Positions 1 through 7,444 of a DNA stretch of 21,531 nucleotides are shown here, in pieces. This stretch comes from a candidate division WOR-3 bacterium (GTDB taxonomy: Bacteria; Hydrothermota; Tepidihabitantia; Tepidihabitantales; Tepidihabitantaceae), in NCBI GenBank assembly GCA_037441285.1, contig JBBISL010000025.1, positions 1-21,531 on the forward strand, given 5' to 3'. Numbering within the stretch: the first letter of the stretch is position 1; every line of letters begins with the position of its first letter. The translations under genes and the position numbers were made by a program. The notes beneath the pieces are model-generated. The model was not told the origin of the DNA and made no database searches. It was given only the letters and a program-made list of their open reading frames with translations.

Positions 1-45
1 AAAAACCTGTTCTGTCAAGGCGCTGGCATCTTGTGTATCTTCTCA

Positions 46-63
46 CCCTATATTTATATAGGG
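46..63. promoter_or_regulatory. AT-rich inverted repeat CCCTATAT-TT-ATATAGGG, possible operator
   Basis: Perfect 8-bp arms around a 2-nt centre, about 30 bp upstream of a minus-strand TTGACA (13-18) that points out of the window. Confidence 0.4.
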
Positions 64-459
64 AAAAATAAGGAAAAGTGACGAAAAACCGTCCCTCCAG
101 CAGTCCGGGAGCAATTCCTGGGATAGTCTTATGCTTCCCTTTCCTGACCCATAGCGTGATAGTGCGGAAGCCTGATAGCGCAGTCGCCGGACTTGCACCC
201 TTTGGTGCTATCTTATTGATAATCAACCGGGTTCTAATTAAAACTGTCTAATCCACCCCTTTATTACCAACTAACCCGATAATCTTCGCACCGCTCTTTG
301 GTTCTGTCCTGAATTCTGTTTCCGATTCTGTTCCCGGTAATGCCTTTAGGTCAGAAGCGATGTCCGCCGGGGCTGCGGTCAGGTAATGACCATTCTGCTC
401 TAATCCTGACTCCATTTGTACTAAACTCTCAATTGGTGTTGCAAAGATGTTGATAAACG

Positions 460-556
460 GGATTGCTTCGCTTTCGGCTGCAATGACAGGGAAGGAATGG
501 CTTAAAATGACCGAAAAAACGGCGCGCAATGACAAGGCAGTGATGGCTATAAGAAG
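460..556. repeat. Degenerate ~23-nt tandem repeat with GGC..AATGAC core, preceded by GATTGCTTCG
   Basis: AATGAC at 482, 506, 528; units start with GGC at 476, 499, 521, 545. Confidence 0.5.
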
Positions 557-629
557 AAATTCCAATCCACAAGAGGTTGTGTAGTTAATACCGGCGATTA
601 CTTTCGGTCAGAAACAGATGTTTCTCTTT

Positions 630-1388
630 CTATTCTTCTTCTTGTGGTTCCTGCTCCTTTTCGGGCTCTTTTTCTTCTTCACCTTCCTTGAACTCAATCT
701 TTCCTTTGATTGTTCTTGTTTTTTCCCGGTTGAAGCCGCCGAAGAGTACATTCAGGCTGACCCAGGGTGTACCTTTACCCATCTCGGGTCCACGGCTCAA
801 AACACCGCGGTCGGTTAATTCCCATTTTGAGGTGAATGGTCCAAAGTTATAGCCACCGCGGATGTCAATACCGATAAAGGAAATTGGAATGGTAATGGCG
901 AGTTGCGGGTTGAGGCAGAAACCGGAGAAGGTGATGGTTGATTTTCTGCCCGGATTGCGCAGCAGGCTGTCAAAGCTGGGTATGGTCTGGTTGTATGGTT
1001 CGAGGTTGATGGTGTAACCGCCGCCGCCAATTCCGATTCCGGGCGCGATGAGCAGATACCGGGTGTCAAGAACGATATAGCCGGCACGGAACTCACCGCC
1101 ACCGTATTCAACCCGGCAGACAACATTCAAAGATTCGGATGTTGATGTTTGAGTACCACCCCAGCCGGCACCACCAATCATCGTGCGGTTGGCAATCAGA
1201 TAGCCGCCGCCGCCAAACATCCAGTGCGGGGATGAAAGTTTGTCAAAACCGGCGTGGGAGAGTGAGCGGTTGACATCGTTGAAGTCAATCAAAGCGAGCG
1301 ATGGACCAAAGGTCCCCATACCGCCGCTTGTTCCCCGGGCAAAGAGAAGGGCGGGGATAAGGATGATGGTAAAAAAGAACTTTCTCAC
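630..1388 (-). CDS. Secreted Gly/aromatic-rich protein, probable outer-membrane beta-barrel with acidic C-terminal tail
   Basis: GTG at 1388 follows SD AAAGGAGG; signal peptide MRKFFFTIILIPALLFA; alternating strands (GGGGYLI, GGGEFRAGY, IDIRGGYNF, VSLNVLFGGF). The ORF-track extension to 1637 overlaps acyP and is unlikely. Confidence 0.7.
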   Translation of the reverse strand: MRKFFFTIILIPALLFARGTSGGMGTFGPSLALIDFNDVNRSLSHAGFDKLSSPHWMFGGGGYLIANRTMIGGAGWGGTQTSTSESLNVVCRVEYGGGEFRAGYIVLDTRYLLIAPGIGIGGGGYTINLEPYNQTIPSFDSLLRNPGRKSTITFSGFCLNPQLAITIPISFIGIDIRGGYNFGPFTSKWELTDRGVLSRGPEMGKGTPWVSLNVLFGGFNREKTRTIKGKIEFKEGEEEKEPEKEQEPQEEE

Positions 1389-1493
1389 ATTGCCTCCTTT
1401 GTGATTTAGGGTATAGTGCCTCATTAGGTAATTGATGTCAAGTTTTGCCGTAGAGATTGTTTTGGGATAACGGCCTCCCGTTAGCGACTGTTC

Positions 1494-1522
1494 TTGACAG
1501 GGGCGTATTCTCGCTTTATCTT
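1494..1522 (+). promoter_or_regulatory. sigma70-type promoter of acyP-ribD-ribE operon
   Basis: TTGACA-17nt-TATCTT ending 5 nt before ATG 1528; no SD. Confidence 0.65.
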
Positions 1523-1527
1523 GAGTT

Positions 1528-1821
1528 ATGAATGAAAAAGGGAGTAAAGCCAGTATCTTTGCATTTTTGTCCGGTAGGGTGCAGGGTGTTTTTTTCCGGA
1601 TGTTCGCCGTGAAGGAGGCAAAGGCGCTCGGGCTCACGGGCCGGGTGCGGAACCTGCCGGATGGCAGGGTTGAAGTTTTTGCCGAAGGGGAGCGGGAACG
1701 GCTGGAGAAACTGATTGAAAGGTTGAAGGTTGGTCCACCGGGCGCGGTGGTTGAGAATATTCAGGTGGACTGGGGTGAGTATCAGCACGAGTACGACGAC
1801 TTTCAGATAGATTACCGGTAG
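1528..1821 (+). CDS. acyP: Acylphosphatase
   Basis: Signature SGRVQGVFFR and GRVRNLPDGRVEV; 97 aa. Confidence 0.95.
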   Translation: MNEKGSKASIFAFLSGRVQGVFFRMFAVKEAKALGLTGRVRNLPDGRVEVFAEGERERLEKLIERLKVGPPGAVVENIQVDWGEYQHEYDDFQIDYR

Positions 1822-1825
1822 GGCG

Positions 1826-2941
1826 ATGGTTAGACCTAAGCAAAAGAGGTGGACGGCGCAGGATGAGCGTTTTATGCTTCGGGCGCTGGAGCTGGCGGCA
1901 AAGGGTTGCGGGCTGGTGTCACCCAATCCGATGGTGGGTGCGGTACTGGTAAAAAACGGCAAAATTGTGGGCGAAGGGTTTCACCGGCGTTTTGGTGGTC
2001 TGCATGCCGAGGTCGAGGCGATTAAAGCCGCGGGTAAGGCGGGGCAGGGTGCGACGCTTTATGTGACAATGGAACCGTGCTGTTTTGAAGGTAAGACGCC
2101 AGCTTGCACCGCTGCGGTGCTGCAGGCGGGAATCAGACGGGTGATTGCGGCGATGATTGACCCAAATCCGCGGGTTAAGGGTAAAGGGGTAAAATGTCTC
2201 CGGCAGCAGGGTATTGTGGTGGAAACCGGGCTTTTGAGAGATGAGGCACAGCGGTTGAATGAGGCGTATGTCACATTTATCGAGGAGCATAGGCCATTTG
2301 TGATGCTGAAGGTGGCGATGAGTCTTGACGGGATGATGGCAACCGGTGAGGGCGAGTCACAGTGGATTACAGGCGAGCGGGCGCGCGAGACCGGGCAGCA
2401 GTTGCGGTTGATTGCGGATGCGGTGGTCGTGGGTGTTAATACCGTCATCGCCGACAATCCGCTTTTGACCTGCCGGATAAACAGGGAGAAGCGGTTGTTG
2501 CGCATCGTGCTTGATTCCGATTTGCGACTGCCGCTCCGGAGCCGGCTTTTTGACGCGCCGGACAGGGTGCTGGTGTTCACGGCAAGCGACAACGGTGCAA
2601 AGGCAAGGCGGCTGGGGCAGAAAGGGGCTGAGGTGGTCCGGGTGCGGATGGAACGCCAGGGCCGATTACGGTGGCAGGACATTCTGGCTGAGCTTTACCG
2701 GCGGCAGGTGATGAGCGTTCTGATTGAGGGCGGAGCCACGGTGGTGAGTTCGGCGCTGGAAGCCGGGGTGGTTGATAAGGCGTACTTCTTTCAGGCACCC
2801 AAGGTTTTAGGTCCGGGTAAGAGTTTTAGCGCCGGAATGCAGCCACGGTCTTTGAAAGGGGCACTGGTTTTGAAGGATGTGCGCCATATCGAGTTGGGAG
2901 AGGATATTCTGACCGAAGGTTATGTTTACCGGTTTAGTTGA
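1826..2941 (+). CDS. ribD: Bifunctional riboflavin deaminase/reductase RibD
   Basis: PNPMVGAV, HAE, EPCC...TPAC zinc motifs; SQWITG, IEGG reductase motifs. Confidence 0.96.
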   Translation: MVRPKQKRWTAQDERFMLRALELAAKGCGLVSPNPMVGAVLVKNGKIVGEGFHRRFGGLHAEVEAIKAAGKAGQGATLYVTMEPCCFEGKTPACTAAVLQAGIRRVIAAMIDPNPRVKGKGVKCLRQQGIVVETGLLRDEAQRLNEAYVTFIEEHRPFVMLKVAMSLDGMMATGEGESQWITGERARETGQQLRLIADAVVVGVNTVIADNPLLTCRINREKRLLRIVLDSDLRLPLRSRLFDAPDRVLVFTASDNGAKARRLGQKGAEVVRVRMERQGRLRWQDILAELYRRQVMSVLIEGGATVVSSALEAGVVDKAYFFQAPKVLGPGKSFSAGMQPRSLKGALVLKDVRHIELGEDILTEGYVYRFS

Positions 2942-3533
2942 AACCATCGGTAAGGTGGTTCGGGTCGTCCCAAAACAGGGGAACCGGCGTCTGGTGATTG
3001 AGGCGGAGTTCGCGCGGGAGTTGCAACCGGGCGATAGCGTTGCGGTTAATGGCTGCTGTTTGACGGTGGTGGCGGCTGATTCGGCACGGTTTACGGTTGA
3101 GGCGGTGGCGGAAACTCTAAAAAGGACCAATCTAATAGAGTTGCGTTCCGGGATGCCGGTTAATCTCGAACGGGCTTTGCGTTTTACGGACCGTCTCGGC
3201 GGACATTTTGTCCTGGGCCACATCGATGAGGTTGGCACGGTGCGGCGGCTCGAGCACCGGAGCAACGAGCACCGGCTCTTTGTCGCGGTCAAAGAGGCGA
3301 GTTTTCGCCTTCTGGTGGAAAAGGGGTCGGTGGCAATTGACGGTGTCAGTTTGACGGTTGCCGGGGTCAAGCGCGGGGAGTTTTGGGTCAATTTGATTCC
3401 CTTTACCTGGGAGCGGACAACCTTAAACCGATGCCGGGCTGGGACGCGGGTCAATCTTGAGTATGACATCCTTGTCAAGGCTGCCCAGCGAGGTCAGGGT
3501 CCGCACCCGATTGTGCCGCACCGCGCTGAGTAA
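2922..3533 (+). CDS. ribE: Riboflavin synthase (alpha chain)
   Basis: N-terminal MFTGLVE, GDSVAVNGCCLTV, VNLERAL, GGHFVLGHID, KGSVAIDGVSLTV. Confidence 0.96.
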   Translation: MFTGLVETIGKVVRVVPKQGNRRLVIEAEFARELQPGDSVAVNGCCLTVVAADSARFTVEAVAETLKRTNLIELRSGMPVNLERALRFTDRLGGHFVLGHIDEVGTVRRLEHRSNEHRLFVAVKEASFRLLVEKGSVAIDGVSLTVAGVKRGEFWVNLIPFTWERTTLNRCRAGTRVNLEYDILVKAAQRGQGPHPIVPHRAE

Positions 3534-4299
3534 AAGCGGTCTACCGGGCGCTGACTACTCAATCAACCCTTATCTGGGCTGTACCCACGCCTGTGTTTAC
3601 TGTTATGCCAGTTTTATGCTCCGCTATTTCCCGGTTGCCGAACCTTGGGGTAGGTTTGTTGAGGCGAAGGTCAATCTGCCCGCGGTTTTGCACCGGGAAA
3701 GGAAAAAGCCCGGCAGGGTTTATCTCGGCACGGTCTGTGACCCATACCAGCCGGTTGAAGCCGCGTTTCGGTTGAGTCAACAGGTGCTGGAGATTCTCGG
3801 TCGTGCCGGGTTTCAGGTGGAGGTTCTGACCAAGTCGGACCTGATTCTGCGGGATATCAATCTGTTGCAGCGCTATCGGGGATTTAGCGTGGAACTGACC
3901 ATCACCACCCTTGACGAACGGGTGCAGCGGCTTTTTGAACCGGGTGCGGTGGCACCGGCACGACGGGTTGCAGCAGTAAAGCGGCTGGTGGAAGAGAGAG
4001 TGCCGGTAACGGTGTTTGTCGGTCCGGTTTTGCCCTATTTTAGCGACTCTTTTGACTCCCTGTTTGAGATTTTTCACCAGGTTGCCCGGGTCGGGGTGAA
4101 GCGGGTGCTGGTTGACCGTTTAAACTATTTAAGCAGTAAGATGGCGGTGCTGAAGCCCTTATTGCAAAGGGAGTGCCCTCAGGCACTACCGGCGTTTGAG
4201 CGAGCCTGCCGCGCGCCGGAAGATTATGCGGAACGGTTGCGAAAACTGGTTGCCCGGGCGTTGCGCAAGGCAGGATTGGAAGGCGGCGTTGTATTCTGA
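3463..4299 (+). CDS. Radical SAM protein, spore-photoproduct-lyase-like (SplB/Rv2578c-type)
   Basis: INPYLGCTHACVYCYA (CxxxCxxC), DPYQPVE, LTKSDLILRD, FEPGA; start uncertain (3457, 3463 or 3472). Confidence 0.85.
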   Translation: MTSLSRLPSEVRVRTRLCRTALSKSGLPGADYSINPYLGCTHACVYCYASFMLRYFPVAEPWGRFVEAKVNLPAVLHRERKKPGRVYLGTVCDPYQPVEAAFRLSQQVLEILGRAGFQVEVLTKSDLILRDINLLQRYRGFSVELTITTLDERVQRLFEPGAVAPARRVAAVKRLVEERVPVTVFVGPVLPYFSDSFDSLFEIFHQVARVGVKRVLVDRLNYLSSKMAVLKPLLQRECPQALPAFERACRAPEDYAERLRKLVARALRKAGLEGGVVF

Positions 4300-4309
4300 T
4301 GGGTTTTGA

Positions 4310-4337
4310 TTGACGCCGCAAGGGTTTGAAATAGAAT
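4310..4337 (+). promoter_or_regulatory. sigma70-type promoter of serS
   Basis: TTGACG-16nt-TAGAAT, 7 nt before ATG 4345; no SD. Confidence 0.65.
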
Positions 4338-4344
4338 TAGCACA

Positions 4345-5595
4345 ATGGATTTGAAGTTCTGCCGGGAAAATCCGGATGAGGCAAGGCGTATTTTGATGCT
4401 GCGCCGTAGTGCTGTTTCCCTTGACCGGATACTGGAACAGGATGAGGCACGGCGCAAACTGGTAGCAAGGCGGGATGAAGCGCGCCACGAGCAGCGGCAG
4501 GTGTCAGAGGCGATTGCCCGGGCAAAGCGGGAAGGAAAGAATGAACCCGAACTGCTGGAGCGGGCAAAAAGGCTGGCAGAGGAGGTTAAGGAGATTGAAG
4601 CCCGGTTAAAGGGGATTGAGGCGGAACAGGAAGAACTGGCAAAACTGCTGCCCAATCGGGTGCATCCTTCGGTCACCGCTGAAGAGGAGATTGTTGCTAC
4701 TTACGGAACAGTTCCGGCGTTTGATTTTCAACCCCTGGCGCACTGGGATTTGTGCGAGGCGCTGGGGATTGTCGATTTTGAGGCGGCGGCGAGGCTCGCG
4801 GGTTCAAGGTTTGTCCTTTTCAAAGGGGCGGGTGCAAGGCTGGAGCGGGCGCTAATCAACTTTTTCCTTGACACCGCGGTGCAGCGTTACGGTTACACCG
4901 AGATTATGCCGCCGGTGCTTGCCAATTCCGCAACCCTTGAAACCGCCGGACAGCTGCCCAATCTTGAGAGCGAGATGTATGCGCTACCCGAGGACAAATT
5001 TTATCTGATTCCCACTGCTGAGCCGCAACTGGTCGCCTATTTTCGGGAGAAGACGATTGATGCGGCAACACTGCCCCAGAAGTTAGTCGCCTATACCCCC
5101 TGTTTTCGGCGGGAGGCGGGTTCTTATGGCCGGGATGTACGGGGGATGATTCGCATCCACCAGTTTGACAAGGTGGAACTGGTGCGGATTACAACACCGG
5201 AGCGGTCTTATACCGATTTAGAGGAGATGCGGGCTGAGGCGGAAAGTCTGCTGCAGATGCTCGGCTTGCCCTATCGGGTGAAGCGGCTTGCTGCCTGGGA
5301 CATTGCGTTCCAGTCGGCAAAGACTTACGACCTTGAGGTGTGGGCAGCAGGTGTGGGCCGATGGCTGGAGGTGTCGTCAATCTCCAACTGTGAGGATTTT
5401 CAAACCCGAAGGGGAAAGGTTCGGGCGCGGGGTGCAGATGGCAAAACCTTTTATCCCCATGCCCTGAACGGTTCTGCGCTTGCCTTGCCCCGGACCTTTA
5501 TCGCCCTGGTTGAGAACTATCAACAAGCCGACGGCTCGGTTGTAATTCCTGAGGTCCTCAGACCCTATATGAATGGGTTAGAGCGTATCGTTTAA
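4345..5595 (+). CDS. serS: Seryl-tRNA synthetase
   Basis: N-terminal coiled-coil arm; LIPTAE, FRREAGSYGRDVRGMIRIHQFDKVE, EVSSISNC, LNGSALA. Confidence 0.97.
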   Translation: MDLKFCRENPDEARRILMLRRSAVSLDRILEQDEARRKLVARRDEARHEQRQVSEAIARAKREGKNEPELLERAKRLAEEVKEIEARLKGIEAEQEELAKLLPNRVHPSVTAEEEIVATYGTVPAFDFQPLAHWDLCEALGIVDFEAAARLAGSRFVLFKGAGARLERALINFFLDTAVQRYGYTEIMPPVLANSATLETAGQLPNLESEMYALPEDKFYLIPTAEPQLVAYFREKTIDAATLPQKLVAYTPCFRREAGSYGRDVRGMIRIHQFDKVELVRITTPERSYTDLEEMRAEAESLLQMLGLPYRVKRLAAWDIAFQSAKTYDLEVWAAGVGRWLEVSSISNCEDFQTRRGKVRARGADGKTFYPHALNGSALALPRTFIALVENYQQADGSVVIPEVLRPYMNGLERIV

Positions 5596-5976
5596 TTTGA
5601 ATCCCAGCGGCAGGAGTTGGCGCAGCCGCAAGGTTAAAACCTTTTTGCGACTGATAAGGATAACGGCTGGATTGGTGCTGAATTCGTTGAGGACTTGTAA
5701 ACAGGCGCCACAGGGGGGAGTTGGTTGTTCGGTAGCGGTGAAGATGGCGATACCGGTTATCTCTCTTTCATTCGCAAACACCGCTTTGAAGATGGCGACG
5801 CGCTCGGCACACACCGTCAAGCCATAGGAAGCGTTTTCCACATTGGCGCCGGAATAAATTTTACCGCGGCGGGTCAGGACCGCAGCCCCGACGCGAAAGT
5901 TGGAATAAGGGGCATAAGCCCTTTGGGCAGCAGCGCGGGCAGCCTTAATCAAACGGGCACGGGTTGACCTATCCAT
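5578..5976 (-). CDS. cdd: Cytidine deaminase (homotetrameric type)
   Basis: AYAPYSNFRVGAA, NVENASYGLTVCAERVA, PCGACLQ; ATG 5976 overlaps the deoB stop (ATGGATAG). Confidence 0.95.
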   Translation of the reverse strand: MDRSTRARLIKAARAAAQRAYAPYSNFRVGAAVLTRRGKIYSGANVENASYGLTVCAERVAIFKAVFANEREITGIAIFTATEQPTPPCGACLQVLNEFSTNPAVILISRKKVLTLRLRQLLPLGFKLNDTL

Positions 5977-7177
5977 TTTGCGCTCCGGGTTTGAGTATCT
6001 CATTTAAAAAAGATGTACCAGCCGGCGTTGGTTTGACATTGAGGTATTGGGCGATGGTTTGGCCCAGGTCGGCAAAGGTGGCACGGTTACCGAGGTTCGT
6101 GCCGGCACGAACTGGTGCTCCATAGATGAGAAGCGGCACATATTCCCGGGAGTGGTCAGTAGAAGGTGTGGTCGGGTCGCAGCCGTGGTCCGCGGTGATA
6201 AACATAATGTCCCCGGGTTGGAGTGCAGCAATGAGTTCGGGAAGCCGCCGGTCAAACTCGGTCAAGCCCCGGGCAAAACCTGCCGGGTCGTTGCGATGTC
6301 CCCAGTCCATATCAAACTGGACCAGATTGGTAAAAATCAGTCCGGGTTTCGACTGTTTCAGTGCGGCGAGGGTAAAGTCGATGCACTCCTGATTGTTGAC
6401 CGAATGGTGAACCGCGGTCAGCCCCTGATGGGCAAACAGGTCGTCAATTTTACCGATGCCGATTGATTCCAGTCCTGCTGCCTTGACATTGTCCAGGAGG
6501 GTTGGCTGAGAAGGCGGACAGGAGAAGTCTTTGCGCTCCGGGGTGCGGTAGAATGCGCCTGGTCTGCCGGCAAAGGGCCGGGCGATAACCCGGGCAACGC
6601 GATATTTGCCGGTGAGCAGTGCGCGGGCGATGGTACAAAACCGGTAAAGTTCGGGCACCGGTACCACATCGATGTGGCAGGCAACCTGAAACACGCTGTC
6701 CGCAGAGGTGTAAACAATAGGAAAACCGGTCTTCAGGTGCTCTTCACCCAGGCGATTGATGATTTCGGTGCCGGAGGCGGCGATGTTGCCAATAACCCTT
6801 CGGCCAATTCGGCGTTCAAACTCATTGAGGAGTTCTTGGGGAAACCCATTGGGAAAAACGGGAAACGGTTCGCTGGTGATGACACCGGCAATCTCCCAGT
6901 GTCCGGTTGTTGAGTCCTTTCCGGCGGACATTTCCGCCATTCTGCCAAAGGCGGCTTGCGGTTCTGTTGCTGGTGGCACACCGGGCAGGTCAACGATGTT
7001 ACCCAAGCCAAGCCTGCCCAGATTGGTGAGAGAAATCCCGTTCAGTGTGCAGGCGAGGTTTTTTAATGTGTTTGAGTTCTCGTCGCCAAATCGGTTGGCA
7101 TCAGGCAGGGCGCCACAGCCAACACCGTCCAGGACGATGAGCAGGACGCGACGCTGGGGAAGCGGTTTTTCCCTCAC
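5969..7177 (-). CDS. deoB: Phosphopentomutase
   Basis: LDGVGCG, GKDSTTGHWE, YTSADSVFQ, RVIARPF, FDMDWGHRND, TADHGCDPT, DHSREYVP. Confidence 0.96.
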   Translation of the reverse strand: MREKPLPQRRVLLIVLDGVGCGALPDANRFGDENSNTLKNLACTLNGISLTNLGRLGLGNIVDLPGVPPATEPQAAFGRMAEMSAGKDSTTGHWEIAGVITSEPFPVFPNGFPQELLNEFERRIGRRVIGNIAASGTEIINRLGEEHLKTGFPIVYTSADSVFQVACHIDVVPVPELYRFCTIARALLTGKYRVARVIARPFAGRPGAFYRTPERKDFSCPPSQPTLLDNVKAAGLESIGIGKIDDLFAHQGLTAVHHSVNNQECIDFTLAALKQSKPGLIFTNLVQFDMDWGHRNDPAGFARGLTEFDRRLPELIAALQPGDIMFITADHGCDPTTPSTDHSREYVPLLIYGAPVRAGTNLGNRATFADLGQTIAQYLNVKPTPAGTSFLNEILKPGAQNG

Positions 7178-7220
7178 CGAGTTATCCTCTTGCTCCGGGA
7201 CCGGACCGGAATAAGGTCAA

Positions 7221-7302
7221 TGCCGGGGACAGGATTTGAACCTGCACGCCGCAAAGCACATGGCCCTCAACCATGCGTGTCTGCCATTTCCACCACCCCG
7301 GC
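7221..7302 (-). tRNA. tRNA-Leu(GAG), CCA not encoded
   Basis: Acceptor GCCGGGG/CCCCGGC plus discriminator A; anticodon arm CATGG-TTGAGGG-CCATG; long variable arm; T-loop GGTTCAAATCC. Confidence 0.95.
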
Positions 7303-7322
7303 GTAAACATTAACTTTACTTG

Positions 7323-7350
7323 ATTATAGAGCACGATAGCGGGTTGTCAA
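7323..7350 (-). promoter_or_regulatory. Consensus promoter for tRNA-Leu(-deoB-cdd)
   Basis: TTGACA-16nt-TATAAT on the minus strand. Confidence 0.8.
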
Positions 7351-7386
7351 CAATAGCGACCGATTCGCCAAAATGGGGGGCAGGGT

Positions 7387-7414
7387 TTGACAGCAAACCG
7401 GCAGCGGGTAAGAT
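7387..7414 (+). promoter_or_regulatory. Promoter of FTCD operon
   Basis: TTGACA-16nt-TAAGAT, followed by SD AAGGAG before ATG 7445. Confidence 0.7.
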
Positions 7415-7444
7415 AAAAAACAGCAAAATTAAAGGAGTTCAATA

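Noticed and set aside
476..556. Possible CRISPR array
   Set aside because: Units are 22-24 nt in total, repeats are not identical, and no cas genes are present
248..565. 105-aa minus-strand ORF
   Set aside because: No SD or recognisable domain; it runs through two non-coding repeat tracts that explain its composition
618..818. Phe/Leu-rich plus-strand ORF resembling a membrane peptide
   Set aside because: Antisense shadow of the Glu/Lys-rich tail of the 630-1388 gene
1389..1637. N-terminal extension of the 335-aa ORF
   Set aside because: Overlaps acyP and its promoter; SD and signal peptide point to GTG 1388
7221..7302. tRNA as an integration site
   Set aside because: No integrase and no duplicated tRNA 3' end seen; flanking genes are housekeeping
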